From NCBI GenBank assembly GCA_009839745.1, contig VXPE01000036.1, positions 4,763 to 68,762 of the forward strand: a DNA stretch of 64,000 bases, given 5' to 3'. Within the stretch, counting starts at the first letter, position 1; every line of letters starts with the position of its first letter. The translations under genes were made by a program, and so were the position numbers. Origin of the DNA: Candidatus Poribacteria bacterium (lineage in GTDB: Bacteria > Poribacteria > WGA-4E > WGA-3G). The notes under the pieces were generated by a model. It saw nothing but the letters and a program-made list of their open reading frames with translations, searched no databases and was not told the origin of the DNA. Shown one piece after another: positions 45,948-53,730 of the stretch.

Positions 45948-46934
45948 CTATGTAGCGGGACACGGAATCAACTGCCCTGTTTTCCCTGCGCGATATGCGG
46001 CGGCAAGAATTTCGTTTGCTCTTAATCCATCATCTCCGGTTGTGATGGGTGTGACACCTTCGTGTACACATGCTGCGAAATGCTCAAATTGATATTGATA
46101 CAGGTCCTCGTATTGTGAGGGGATCAATTGCTGTTCACCGTCAAAGTAGGTTTTGATTTTCCAACCCTCGTCGTTGTAGACCCAGGCTGTGCCCTCTGTG
46201 CCGTAGAGTTCCAAAACGATATCGCAGCTGGGTACTGAAAAACTGAGGTCAGTGAAAGCTTGCGCCCCGTTCTCAAAGCGCATGAGGATGCCCCCGGTTT
46301 CTTCAACAGTGGTGTCTTGGGGAGCGGTGTTGTAAAACGCGCTGACGGCATTCACCTCGCCGATGAGGTAGCGAAGTAGATCTACACTATGCGGACCGAG
46401 GTCCATGAAGCATCCGCCGCCACTCTTTTCGGGTTGGGCGCGCCATTCGTCTGGCGTGAGTTGATACTGTTTGAGAAATGGCATACGTCCATGGACGATG
46501 GTGCCGAAACGTCCTTCCTCTACCCACGTTCGGATCCGTTGGAAGCAGGAGTGAAATCGGAAGAGGAAACAGACTTGCAAATGGACTCCGTTTGTCTCAC
46601 AGGCGGCGATCATTTCTGTACATTCTTGTGGTGTGAGCGCCATCGGTTTATCGCAAAGCACATGTAAGCCGCGTTCTGCGGCGGCGATTACCTGCCGACA
46701 GTGTAGGTGAACGGGCGTTGAGACGTAGATTGCGTTAAGTGTATCGTCCGCAAGCAGTGCTTCGACGGTAGTGTAGGCATGGGTTGCCCCGTATTCCCGC
46801 GCCAATTGTTCTGCTCGCGTAGCGTCGCGTGAGAGCAAAGCATGGAGTTCTGCACCTTCCGCTTTGTTAATAGCTGGCATTGCTCTGCGTTGTGCGACGC
46901 TGCCTGCGCCTAATACCCCCCATTTTAAACTCAT
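45948..46934 (-). CDS. Gfo/Idh/MocA family oxidoreductase
   Basis: N-terminal Rossmann KWGVLGAGSVAQRR, CDKPMAL motif, C-terminal alpha/beta domain. Confidence 0.85.
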   Translation of the reverse strand: MSLKWGVLGAGSVAQRRAMPAINKAEGAELHALLSRDATRAEQLAREYGATHAYTTVEALLADDTLNAIYVSTPVHLHCRQVIAAAERGLHVLCDKPMALTPQECTEMIAACETNGVHLQVCFLFRFHSCFQRIRTWVEEGRFGTIVHGRMPFLKQYQLTPDEWRAQPEKSGGGCFMDLGPHSVDLLRYLIGEVNAVSAFYNTAPQDTTVEETGGILMRFENGAQAFTDLSFSVPSCDIVLELYGTEGTAWVYNDEGWKIKTYFDGEQQLIPSQYEDLYQYQFEHFAACVHEGVTPITTGDDGLRANEILAAAYRAGKTGQLIPCPAT

Positions 46935-46972
46935 TGTGTTAAGACCTCATCTGTTTTTTGTCGTTTAGAAGA

Positions 46973-46995
46973 TAGACGAGATTACAAACCTCGTC
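46973..46995 (+). repeat. hairpin of the GACGAGGTT/AACCTCGTC family
   Basis: TAG-ACGAGATT-aca-AACCTCGTC in the 5' UTR region of the Gfo gene. Confidence 0.45.
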
Positions 46996-47052
46996 AGCGG
47001 TGGGAAACTGGTCCCTTTGTTTTTAGACCTCGTTTGTTTTGTTGCACTGTAT

Positions 47053-47081
47053 ATTATAGGGGATATTTGGACATATTTCAA
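47053..47081 (-). promoter_or_regulatory. candidate sigma70 promoter for the Gfo/Idh/MocA gene (TTGAAA-N17-TATAAT)
   Basis: Minus strand acTTGAAAtatgtccaaatatccccTATAATatac. Confidence 0.5.
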
Positions 47082-47100
47082 GTTGGCTTTCAACTTTAGC

Positions 47101-47128
47101 GTATCGCGAGCACAGCTCGTTCCTACAG
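47101..47128 (-). repeat. REP-like GTAG hairpin (near-identical copy at 53701-53730)
   Basis: Minus strand CTGTAGGAACGAGCTGTGCTCGCGATAC (stem CGAGC/GCTCG). Confidence 0.6.
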
Positions 47129-47141
47129 AGGGAAAGATATG

Positions 47142-47897
47142 TCAACTGAACAAGAGATGCACACCGGTCGCGAATAGGAAGAAAAGGACGATCCTTGAAA
47201 AGAGGAGTTCCGGCACGCGATTGTTGAGCGAGATACCTATTAGCACACCTAATCCGATGAACGGAAGCAGCGCGAGGGCTTCAATCAGAATCTCAACAGA
47301 GAAAAGTTGCAACCGGAAATAGAACGGAATTTTGATGAAGTTGAGCAGGAAATAGGTGGCGGTTGTGGTTGCAACAAAGGCGTTGTTGCCCAAGCGTTGT
47401 GGGAGTAGGTACATGATGACAACGAGTCCGCCCATGTGTGCGAGGGTTGAGAATGCCCCGGCGAATATTCCGGCAAGTAGCCCATGCCACGTCTTGAATT
47501 GGAGTGCTGTTTGGACGGGTTGCCCGGAATTTCCGAGGAGTGGCTGCCAATACGGACGCAGAAATTCTAATATCGCAAATAGACAGGCGATACCACCGAT
47601 GACCTTTTTTAGATGGACATCAGAGATGTCTTTCAAAATCAGGCTGGCGACGGTGATACCGAGTAGGGAGCCGAGGATCAGTCGTGTGACACTTTGGCGA
47701 TGCCACTGCTTCCAATAGTGAAAAAGCGAGAAAATGTCTGTTGAAAACAGGAGTGGAAGCATCAATCCGATGACGTTTCGAGCGCTACGGAAATGCGTGA
47801 ACATAGGGACGACGATCATCCCAATGCCGCCGCCGAAACCGGCTTTGCTGACCCCAGTGAGCCATGCCCCGAAGCAGAGGATGATGATTTCGTAGAT
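47142..47897 (-). CDS. sulfite exporter TauE/SafE family membrane protein (probable non-canonical ATC start)
   Basis: Conserved TM1 (IYEIIILCFGAWLTGVSKAGFGGGIGMIVVP) lies upstream of the first ATG (47819). The frame opens right after TAA, inside a GGAGGGAG SD; no ATG/GTG/TTG in between. Confidence 0.65.
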   Translation of the reverse strand: MYEIIILCFGAWLTGVSKAGFGGGIGMIVVPMFTHFRSARNVIGLMLPLLFSTDIFSLFHYWKQWHRQSVTRLILGSLLGITVASLILKDISDVHLKKVIGGIACLFAILEFLRPYWQPLLGNSGQPVQTALQFKTWHGLLAGIFAGAFSTLAHMGGLVVIMYLLPQRLGNNAFVATTTATYFLLNFIKIPFYFRLQLFSVEILIEALALLPFIGLGVLIGISLNNRVPELLFSRIVLFFLFATGVHLLFS

Positions 47898-47923
47898 AGT
47901 ACTCCCTCCTTTTTAGTGAGATG

Positions 47924-47952
47924 AGTATAGCAGGCGGTTCGTAAATTGTCAA
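47924..47952 (-). promoter_or_regulatory. candidate sigma70 promoter for the TauE gene (TTGACA-N17-TATACT, TGn extended -10)
   Basis: Minus strand gtTTGACAatttacgaaccgcctgcTATACTcatc. Confidence 0.5.
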
Positions 47953-47979
47953 ACGGTTATTGGAATTGGCAAGAAATAC

Positions 47980-48008
47980 TTGACATCCAGTGCGAGATAT
48001 GATATAAT
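47980..48008 (+). promoter_or_regulatory. consensus sigma70 promoter for rpsU (TTGACA-N17-TATAAT)
   Basis: acTTGACAtccagtgcgagatatgaTATAATttat. Confidence 0.6.
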
Positions 48009-48054
48009 TTATGAAGTGTTTTTGTAACTTTAAATTCCAATGGAGGCTAAAAAA

Positions 48055-48294
48055 ATGGTTCAAGTAGAAGTGAGTGTCGATTCAGGTGAGGCGTTTGACC
48101 GTGCCCTGGCACGTTTTAAGAAGATGTGTGGAAAAGCTGGTATCGTCACAGAAATAAAAAAACGGAGTTTCTACGAAAAGCCGAGCGAAAAACGTCGTAG
48201 AATTGAGATGAAGCGGCAGCGGAAGGTGAAACCTCGTAGAATGGGCGGCGAACGTCCATCGTTTTACAATAGTGGCGGTGGTAATACTCGGTAA
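48055..48294 (+). CDS. rpsU: 30S ribosomal protein S21
   Basis: GGAGG then ATG 48055; MVQVEV..GEAFDRALARFKKMCGKAGIVTEIKKRSFYEKPSEKRRR. Confidence 0.9.
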   Translation: MVQVEVSVDSGEAFDRALARFKKMCGKAGIVTEIKKRSFYEKPSEKRRRIEMKRQRKVKPRRMGGERPSFYNSGGGNTR

Positions 48295-48313
48295 ATCGCT
48301 TGAGGAGGGATAC

Positions 48314-48832
48314 ATGACAGATTTGGCGACTGGCGAGGCTGTGGAAAATTATAAAGGGCTTTTGATTCAATATTGCCAGGAACGCGGGCTACGCCACCCG
48401 ACTTACACTGAGACGCAGTGCGGACCTGCGGATTCTCCACAATGGCAGGTAACCGTGTCTTACGGAGATTGGGTCCATGAGACACCGGAGCCGATTCCTG
48501 GTTCAAAAAGATTTGCGCACCAAGTAGCCGCACAACAAGTGTTAGACGAAATTAATTCGCGGCGCGAAAGTTTTTTAGCAGGTGATACAGTAGATACACC
48601 CTCTGCGCCAATTTCGGAACCTGTTCCAGATACATCTATCCCTCTTGAAGTACCTATACCTCTCGTGTCAAGCGCACTGACGATCGCCAACGAACGGCTT
48701 ACCGCATCGCAACCTTCACGGTACCGGACGCTTACAGATGCCGAATTTTCGCAAAAACTCTCCAAATTGACGTTAGAGATTGTTCGGGGTTTGTTTGAGA
48801 AAGCGAAAGCGGACAAGATTACGTTCCAATAG
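48314..48832 (+). CDS. stand-alone double-stranded RNA-binding domain (DSRM) protein
   Basis: GAGGAGGG SD then ATG 48314; NYKGLLIQYCQERGLRHPTY...GP..SPQWQVTV...GSKRFAHQVAAQQVL fits the alpha-beta3-alpha dsRBD pattern; C-terminal about 90 aa unassigned. Confidence 0.6.
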   Translation: MTDLATGEAVENYKGLLIQYCQERGLRHPTYTETQCGPADSPQWQVTVSYGDWVHETPEPIPGSKRFAHQVAAQQVLDEINSRRESFLAGDTVDTPSAPISEPVPDTSIPLEVPIPLVSSALTIANERLTASQPSRYRTLTDAEFSQKLSKLTLEIVRGLFEKAKADKITFQ

Positions 48833-48861
48833 AGCAAGACTCGGATTGTACCTTTTTTGCT

Positions 48862-48891
48862 GGCGAGGTTTCTTAACCTCGCCTTTTTTTT
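48862..48891 (+). terminator. intrinsic terminator after the dsRBD gene
   Basis: GGCGAGGTT-tctt-AACCTCGCC followed by T8. Confidence 0.8.
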
Positions 48892-48913
48892 GGTCAGTTG
48901 TCAAGGGTTAACC
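48892..48913 (+). repeat. short GTTRTCR-type heptamer remnant
   Basis: GGTCAGTTGTCAAGGGTTAACC. Confidence 0.35.
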
Positions 48914-48968
48914 GTGTTTTTTTGACATTTTATAAGAAGATGCTATATAATACGAAAGACATATATGC

Positions 48969-49670
48969 TTACGGTTTCCTCCCGACGAAATAGACGGCTG
49001 ATGCCAAAATGTGGGCATCTTTATGTAAGGAAAGTGGTATATCTAAGAGTAGGATTGGAAATGTCAGCCACCCGACAATAAGAGAGATTGTTTTCGCGAG
49101 GAGTAGACTGCCGAACGAACAGACCAGCCCGATATATTCTCGGAAGATCCAGTGCAAAGAGGTCGTTGGACCGGCACAGGGACCACTCTCAAGTTCGGAG
49201 AAGGCGGCACAAAGTTGAACAACGCCCGGCACTGTCCACCGTTGATAATCATGAGGAGAGGCGTGGTAGCCTTGTAGGAACGGGACAGCGAGGCAAATAT
49301 AACCCCCGGGTTTCAGCACACGATAGATCTCCTCGACAACCAGATTCGGCGATTGGACGTGTTCAAGGACGGCTTCAGAGACCACGGCATCGAAGGTCCG
49401 GTCGCTGAACGGCAAAAAGTGCCCATCTGCGACAATATCGACTTCAGGCGTTACTTCGATTTCGAGATTGATGACGTTTGGGGCGCGGCGGCGGTTACCG
49501 GCACCGAGATCCAAGATTCTCGCGTCGGGACCGAGTCGTTGGAGTCGTTTTTTGACACATCGATTCCATCGTGGGGCGGGATACGGGCATCCGATGAGGT
49601 AAGATAAGAACGGATTTTGTCTAAGTTTGCGTTTTATGCGTGAAATCAAATCCGGTTTCGAGTCTGTCAT
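48969..49670 (-). CDS. class I SAM-dependent methyltransferase
   Basis: Motif I ILDLGAGNRR, Methyltransf_11-like core. ATG 49670 preferred, because ATG 49703 would overlap the divergent yihY-like start. Confidence 0.75.
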   Translation of the reverse strand: MTDSKPDLISRIKRKLRQNPFLSYLIGCPYPAPRWNRCVKKRLQRLGPDARILDLGAGNRRRAPNVINLEIEVTPEVDIVADGHFLPFSDRTFDAVVSEAVLEHVQSPNLVVEEIYRVLKPGGYICLAVPFLQGYHASPHDYQRWTVPGVVQLCAAFSELESGPCAGPTTSLHWIFREYIGLVCSFGSLLLAKTISLIVGWLTFPILLLDIPLSLHKDAHILASAVYFVGRKP

Positions 49671-49678
49671 AAGATACG

Positions 49679-50911
49679 ATGATACATAACCTTTCTGAAA
49701 CATACAAGGGATATTTCCGCGATGCTCGGGGGTCTGCTTTGCGTCTCGGCGTGAACGTCTGGCATCAATTCATGGGGCATAAATGTCTCCAGCAGGCATC
49801 GTCGTTGGCGTTTAATACGTTGTTATGTCTTGTGCCGTTGTCGGCAGTTGCGCTGTTTTTACTGAAAACATTTGGTGTTGTGGAAGATGGCAATTCGCCG
49901 TTAATTGCGGTGCTCCGTGATAACTTCCTGCCGCGCTATAGTGCTGAGGAAATTGTATCAGAACTTTCAGGATTTGCCAATAGAAATCTTGGTGGACTGA
50001 GTGTTGGCGGGTTTCTCCTGTTCCTGCTGGTCTCGACGATGCTATTCATGTCGGTGGAGCAGCATTTTAACGATATTTGGGGGGCACGGCGGCGGTTACC
50101 GGTGGTGCAAGCGTTCCAGAAATACGCTGTTTTCTATACACTGCTCTCCGTGGGACCGCTGTTGATTTGGCTCTTCTTTTCGACAGCTACCAACTGGGTG
50201 TTTGGTCATGTGTTCCCATGGGTGTTGGTCTACTGTCTGTTTTTCTTGATGTATATTGCCATGCCGAATACGTTTGTGAAGTGGAGTGCGGCACTGCTGG
50301 GTACACTTGTTGCTGGGACGCTTTTCCAGATCGCCAGGATCGCCTTTGGGCGTTATCTTGAGTTGCTGTGGCAGAACTATAGCGACATCTATGGTGCAAT
50401 GGCGATGTTGATTACCTTTGCTATCTGGACATACGCGGCGTGGGTGGTGATTTTGCTTGGTGCGGAGGTCTCGAATTCTGTTCAGCATTTCCGTCAGCAG
50501 GATGCCGAGAGCGGTCAGTTTCACTATGCGGCCAACGGTTATTTGAACGCTCCGGGTGTTATTACGTTGTTTCTGATTGTAGCGGAGCGCTTTGCTAAAG
50601 GCGACGGAGCGTGTTTGGCAGAAGAGATTGTTGCACGTTCGGGTGTTTCGGAGGAGGTTGTGCACCAGAGTTTTGAACGGTTTAAGGCGGCGGGGTTAAT
50701 CTATGAAGTTGAAGGGGACACGAACGGGTATCTCCCGGCGCGTGCGTTAGAGAAGATTACGGTGGCAACGCTTGTGGATGCGGTTGAGGGTGAGATGACA
50801 ACGCATTTTGTGCGCGGAATATCGTCTGAGTCGGGTGCACGTGTGTTGGGGAGGCTTCAGGAGTCTCAGCGTGAGTGTTTGGATCAGGTTACGGTCGCGT
50901 CGTTGTTGTGA
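49679..50911 (+). CDS. YihY/BrkB family membrane protein with soluble C-terminal domain
   Basis: ASSLAFNTLLCLVPL...YGAMAMLITFAIWTYAAWVVILLGAEV typical of YihY (formerly RNase BN) proteins. Confidence 0.75.
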   Translation: MIHNLSETYKGYFRDARGSALRLGVNVWHQFMGHKCLQQASSLAFNTLLCLVPLSAVALFLLKTFGVVEDGNSPLIAVLRDNFLPRYSAEEIVSELSGFANRNLGGLSVGGFLLFLLVSTMLFMSVEQHFNDIWGARRRLPVVQAFQKYAVFYTLLSVGPLLIWLFFSTATNWVFGHVFPWVLVYCLFFLMYIAMPNTFVKWSAALLGTLVAGTLFQIARIAFGRYLELLWQNYSDIYGAMAMLITFAIWTYAAWVVILLGAEVSNSVQHFRQQDAESGQFHYAANGYLNAPGVITLFLIVAERFAKGDGACLAEEIVARSGVSEEVVHQSFERFKAAGLIYEVEGDTNGYLPARALEKITVATLVDAVEGEMTTHFVRGISSESGARVLGRLQESQRECLDQVTVASLL

Positions 50912-52739
50912 GATCCGGTGAAAATTCGCTGGCTTTGACGTAATATAGAAATCCGATACACATCTCGTCTGTCGTTTTTTCACCCCAACCAACAGGGATC
51001 GGTGGATCATGGGGGTTGGCTGGGTTTTCCGCGGAATTATCGAAATGCGCGACGAGATCGACACGGGTGCCAGCCGGAAAGAAAAGCGGCTCGCGATAGT
51101 GATAGACATCCTGCCAATTGAAATCCCAATCCTGGATCCAGATGAGGTCATGTTTATCCCCAGATGGCGTTATGGCAACAAGCCGCATGTCGCGCCCAAG
51201 GAGGTGCATGTGCGGCATCGTTGCTAAGAGGTAAACGTCTTTTTTAAACGTTTCCGATGCCAAAACCTCATACCAATCTTCACCGGCAGGGATAACGAAA
51301 TCGCTGTTAATTGCGTCTCCGATACGCAATTTGGCGGTTTCTGCGGTTTTGGAGAAATATAACCCCAACCGCGAACGATCGCGTTCAAGATGTCCGGTGC
51401 GATAGTAATGCACTTGCATGACGATGTCGGCCCCTTTCGGTAGGAGATAACCGACACCCTCCGGTAGGACCAATGGTGTAACACCCGGCGCCCAACCACC
51501 AACTGTCCCTTCACTATCAAATCCAGGTCCTGTCCCCTCTGTAACATAGCCCGGTTTGGGGTCCTGCGCGTCGAGTTTACGCGCTTCGCCGTTTACGTCT
51601 AAGTAGGCGATGACGTGATGTACGGTTTTGCGGTTGCCGGGTTGGACATCAACGGCTTGGACGTACATGTCCGTCTCGAAGTTAGTGGGTATAATGAACT
51701 GCCGATATTCGTCTTCGCCTTCGGGTTCAATTTCATATTCGACTGGCATTTCAGCGATCCAATCGGGTTCACCGAGTGCCCAACTGTCAGGGAACTCTGG
51801 TGCCGGTGGGATGGAATCAAGATCGCCTGCAGGTGCCCCGGCTTCCACCCAGTGTGCGATCACCTGGATCTCGGTATTTGTGAGTTGCCGTCCGTTTTTG
51901 AAGTCCCCGTAGCCGGGTGCGGGTTTCCACGGTGGCATGAGACGTGCCTGTGTATATTCAGCGATTTCGGTTGCCCACGCCTTTGCGTCGCTGTAATCGG
52001 TGAGCGTGAAGGGGGCGACTTCGCCGTGTCGATGGCACGTCTGGCAATTCTTCTGGAGGATCGGTGCGATGTGCTGACTATAGGTAATCTCTGTGGGGAG
52101 ATCGGTTTCGGGGAGATGGATCGTGCATCCGAACGCCGGTGTCTCCTGCACGGGGATAAAGGTATCGGTGTGTATCGCGAGAAGGGCATCTTGTAGGTAG
52201 TGGTGCTTGACGCGTGGCTCGTAGCGGTTATCATCAATGGCACCGCGGTAGGTGATCCGACGGGTTGTATCAACGATAACAGCCTGCGGTGTCATCGTTG
52301 CGCCGAGAGCACGTGCGATTTTGCCGGTTGTGTCCTTCACGACAGAGAAGGGATAATCTGCTTTGGTGATGTAGTTCTTTACGTCGTCTTCGGAATCGTT
52401 TTCATTGGCGTAGACTGCGATGAAAGTGGTATTTCGAGGTGCGAATTCAGCATGTAACCGTTTCAGGCGCATCGTATAGCGTTGTGCGACTGGGCATTCG
52501 GTTGCGAGGAACGCGAAGACAACGGGTCCCTGTGCGGTGAGGGTATCTAAATTATGTGTCTCGTTGTGGAGTGTCGTGAAGGTGAGACGCGAAATTTTTG
52601 TGCCGATGGGAACGTTGCTCGGTTGTAAGGATGCCTCTTGGATAACGCGATGTTTTTTTGTGATTTTGTATTCGGACGCGGTGTGTCCCGCGAAGGGGAG
52701 TACAAGGACCAGAAAAAGCGTTAGTAGATACGACTTCAT
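50889..52739 (-). CDS. secreted redoxin (thioredoxin-like) - CxxCH - copper type II ascorbate-dependent monooxygenase (PHM/DBH)-like fusion protein
   Basis: Signal peptide; AhpC/TSA-like VVFAFLATECPVAQ; ILQKNCQTCHR; Cu-ligand pattern TVHHVIAY, VMQVHYY, MPHMHLLG, DEMCIGF. Confidence 0.7.
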   Translation of the reverse strand: MKSYLLTLFLVLVLPFAGHTASEYKITKKHRVIQEASLQPSNVPIGTKISRLTFTTLHNETHNLDTLTAQGPVVFAFLATECPVAQRYTMRLKRLHAEFAPRNTTFIAVYANENDSEDDVKNYITKADYPFSVVKDTTGKIARALGATMTPQAVIVDTTRRITYRGAIDDNRYEPRVKHHYLQDALLAIHTDTFIPVQETPAFGCTIHLPETDLPTEITYSQHIAPILQKNCQTCHRHGEVAPFTLTDYSDAKAWATEIAEYTQARLMPPWKPAPGYGDFKNGRQLTNTEIQVIAHWVEAGAPAGDLDSIPPAPEFPDSWALGEPDWIAEMPVEYEIEPEGEDEYRQFIIPTNFETDMYVQAVDVQPGNRKTVHHVIAYLDVNGEARKLDAQDPKPGYVTEGTGPGFDSEGTVGGWAPGVTPLVLPEGVGYLLPKGADIVMQVHYYRTGHLERDRSRLGLYFSKTAETAKLRIGDAINSDFVIPAGEDWYEVLASETFKKDVYLLATMPHMHLLGRDMRLVAITPSGDKHDLIWIQDWDFNWQDVYHYREPLFFPAGTRVDLVAHFDNSAENPANPHDPPIPVGWGEKTTDEMCIGFLYYVKASEFSPDLTTTTRP

Positions 52740-52786
52740 ACAGAACTCTTGCTATTTCAGGAGCGGTAGCATCAGCAGAAGCGGTA

Positions 52787-52815
52787 ATTATAAGGGCAGC
52801 ACAAGCAAGTGCCAA
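52787..52815 (-). promoter_or_regulatory. proximal sigma70 promoter of the redoxin-PHM-like gene (TTGGCA-N17-TATAAT)
   Basis: Minus strand cTTGGCActtgcttgtgctgccctTATAATtacc, about 48 nt upstream of ATG 52739. Confidence 0.5.
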
Positions 52816-53157
52816 GATTACAATTAAACTTGTTCAGGAAAATGTCCACTTATTAGACAACATTACTAATTTTCCTCCATTTAAATCAAACTAAAAAACA
52901 TTCGTACCAAACACCGTGGGGCAGTAGGGATGCGTGCCCCCGCACACTTCACATTGTGTGCTTTCTTGTCAAACAGCAAGAACAGATTTTCAGGGATGAA
53001 ATCTATTCTGAACTAACCTTTGGTGCGTGTTATTGAAGGCTGTGAGGTTAGGGAGCCTCTCTACCAGTAAAGGTAGGTGTCTTCGGAACACGCTTGGAAA
53101 TTTAGGTTTGGAGTATCTTTTATAGATTATGCCAAACCACTTGCATAAACGTTGTTA

Positions 53158-53185
53158 ATTGTAAACGAGTTACGAAAAAAGTCAA
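53158..53185 (-). promoter_or_regulatory. island promoter P1 (TTGACT-N16-TACAAT)
   Basis: Minus strand aagacTTGACTtttttcgtaactcgttTACAATtaac; paralogous to P4. Confidence 0.45.
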
Positions 53186-53259
53186 GTCTTTTTTAGCGGG
53201 ATCGGAAATCGCTCAAATTTTAGAATTCAGGAAGTCCGTTCTACCACAGTTATGTAATT

Positions 53260-53288
53260 ATTATACTACATTTGTAATGCAGTGTCAA
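53260..53288 (-). promoter_or_regulatory. island promoter P2 (TTGACA-N17-TATAAT)
   Basis: Minus strand aTTTGACActgcattacaaatgtagTATAATaatt. Confidence 0.5.
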
Positions 53289-53367
53289 ATTTTTCTTCAA
53301 AAAAATGTGTAGTGGGTTTTTGTTGGGTTTCGCTAACCCCCTACCCAACCTACGTTACACGTTATTA

Positions 53368-53396
53368 ATTATACCGTAGGCTGTATTTTTTGTCAA
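53368..53396 (-). promoter_or_regulatory. island promoter P3 (TTGACA-N17-TATAAT, A-tract upstream)
   Basis: Minus strand aaaTTTGACAaaaaatacagcctacggTATAATtaat. Confidence 0.5.
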
Positions 53397-53496
53397 ATTT
53401 TTTTGAAAAAATGTTTTCAGAGGTGGAGCGTTCGGATTCTCGGTTTCGGTGAGGATTCGGTCTCCATGCCTTCTATGCCCTTTATTAACACTCATA

Positions 53497-53525
53497 ATTG
53501 TAAAATAGTTACGAAAAAAAGTCAA
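53497..53525 (-). promoter_or_regulatory. island promoter P4 (TTGACT-N17-TACAAT)
   Basis: Minus strand tagtgTTGACTttttttcgtaactatttTACAATtatg. Confidence 0.45.
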
Positions 53526-53548
53526 CACTATTTTTTCGTATATTTGGA

Positions 53549-53577
53549 ATTCTACAGAAATTGGGTATTTTTGTCAA
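53549..53577 (-). promoter_or_regulatory. island promoter P5 (TTGACA-N17-TAGAAT)
   Basis: Minus strand tacTTGACAaaaatacccaatttctgTAGAATtcc. Confidence 0.45.
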
Positions 53578-53642
53578 GTATTTTTTTTCAACAGGGTGCG
53601 AAAAACGCGTATTTCGGTGTTTTTAGGGTTGAATCGATATTA

Positions 53643-53671
53643 ATTATAGCGTAATGGATGTTTTTTGTCAA
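53643..53671 (-). promoter_or_regulatory. island promoter P6 (TTGACA-N17-TATAAT, A-tract upstream)
   Basis: Minus strand aaaaaaTTTGACAaaaaacatccattacgcTATAATta. Confidence 0.5.
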
Positions 53672-53700
53672 ATTTTTTGTCTGAATCGTGGATTACGCGG

Positions 53701-53730
53701 ATTATCGCGAGCACAGTTCGTTCCCACAAG
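53701..53730 (-). repeat. REP-like hairpin, degenerate copy of 47101-47128
   Basis: Minus strand TTGTGGGAACGAACTGTGCTCGCGATAAT. Confidence 0.55.

Noticed and set aside
52811-52826. sigma54-like TGGCAC on the minus strand upstream of the redoxin-PHM gene (TGGCAC-TTGCT-TGTG)
   Set aside because: The -12 element is TGTG rather than TTGC at the required spacing. The same bases fit a sigma70 TTGGCA -35 box with a perfect TATAAT 17 nt downstream.
53403-53654. 83-aa plus-strand ORF inside the promoter island
   Set aside because: It has a low-complexity, Phe/Ile/Lys-rich sequence with no SD. It spans several promoter modules and repeats, and is most likely a by-product of AT-rich non-coding DNA.
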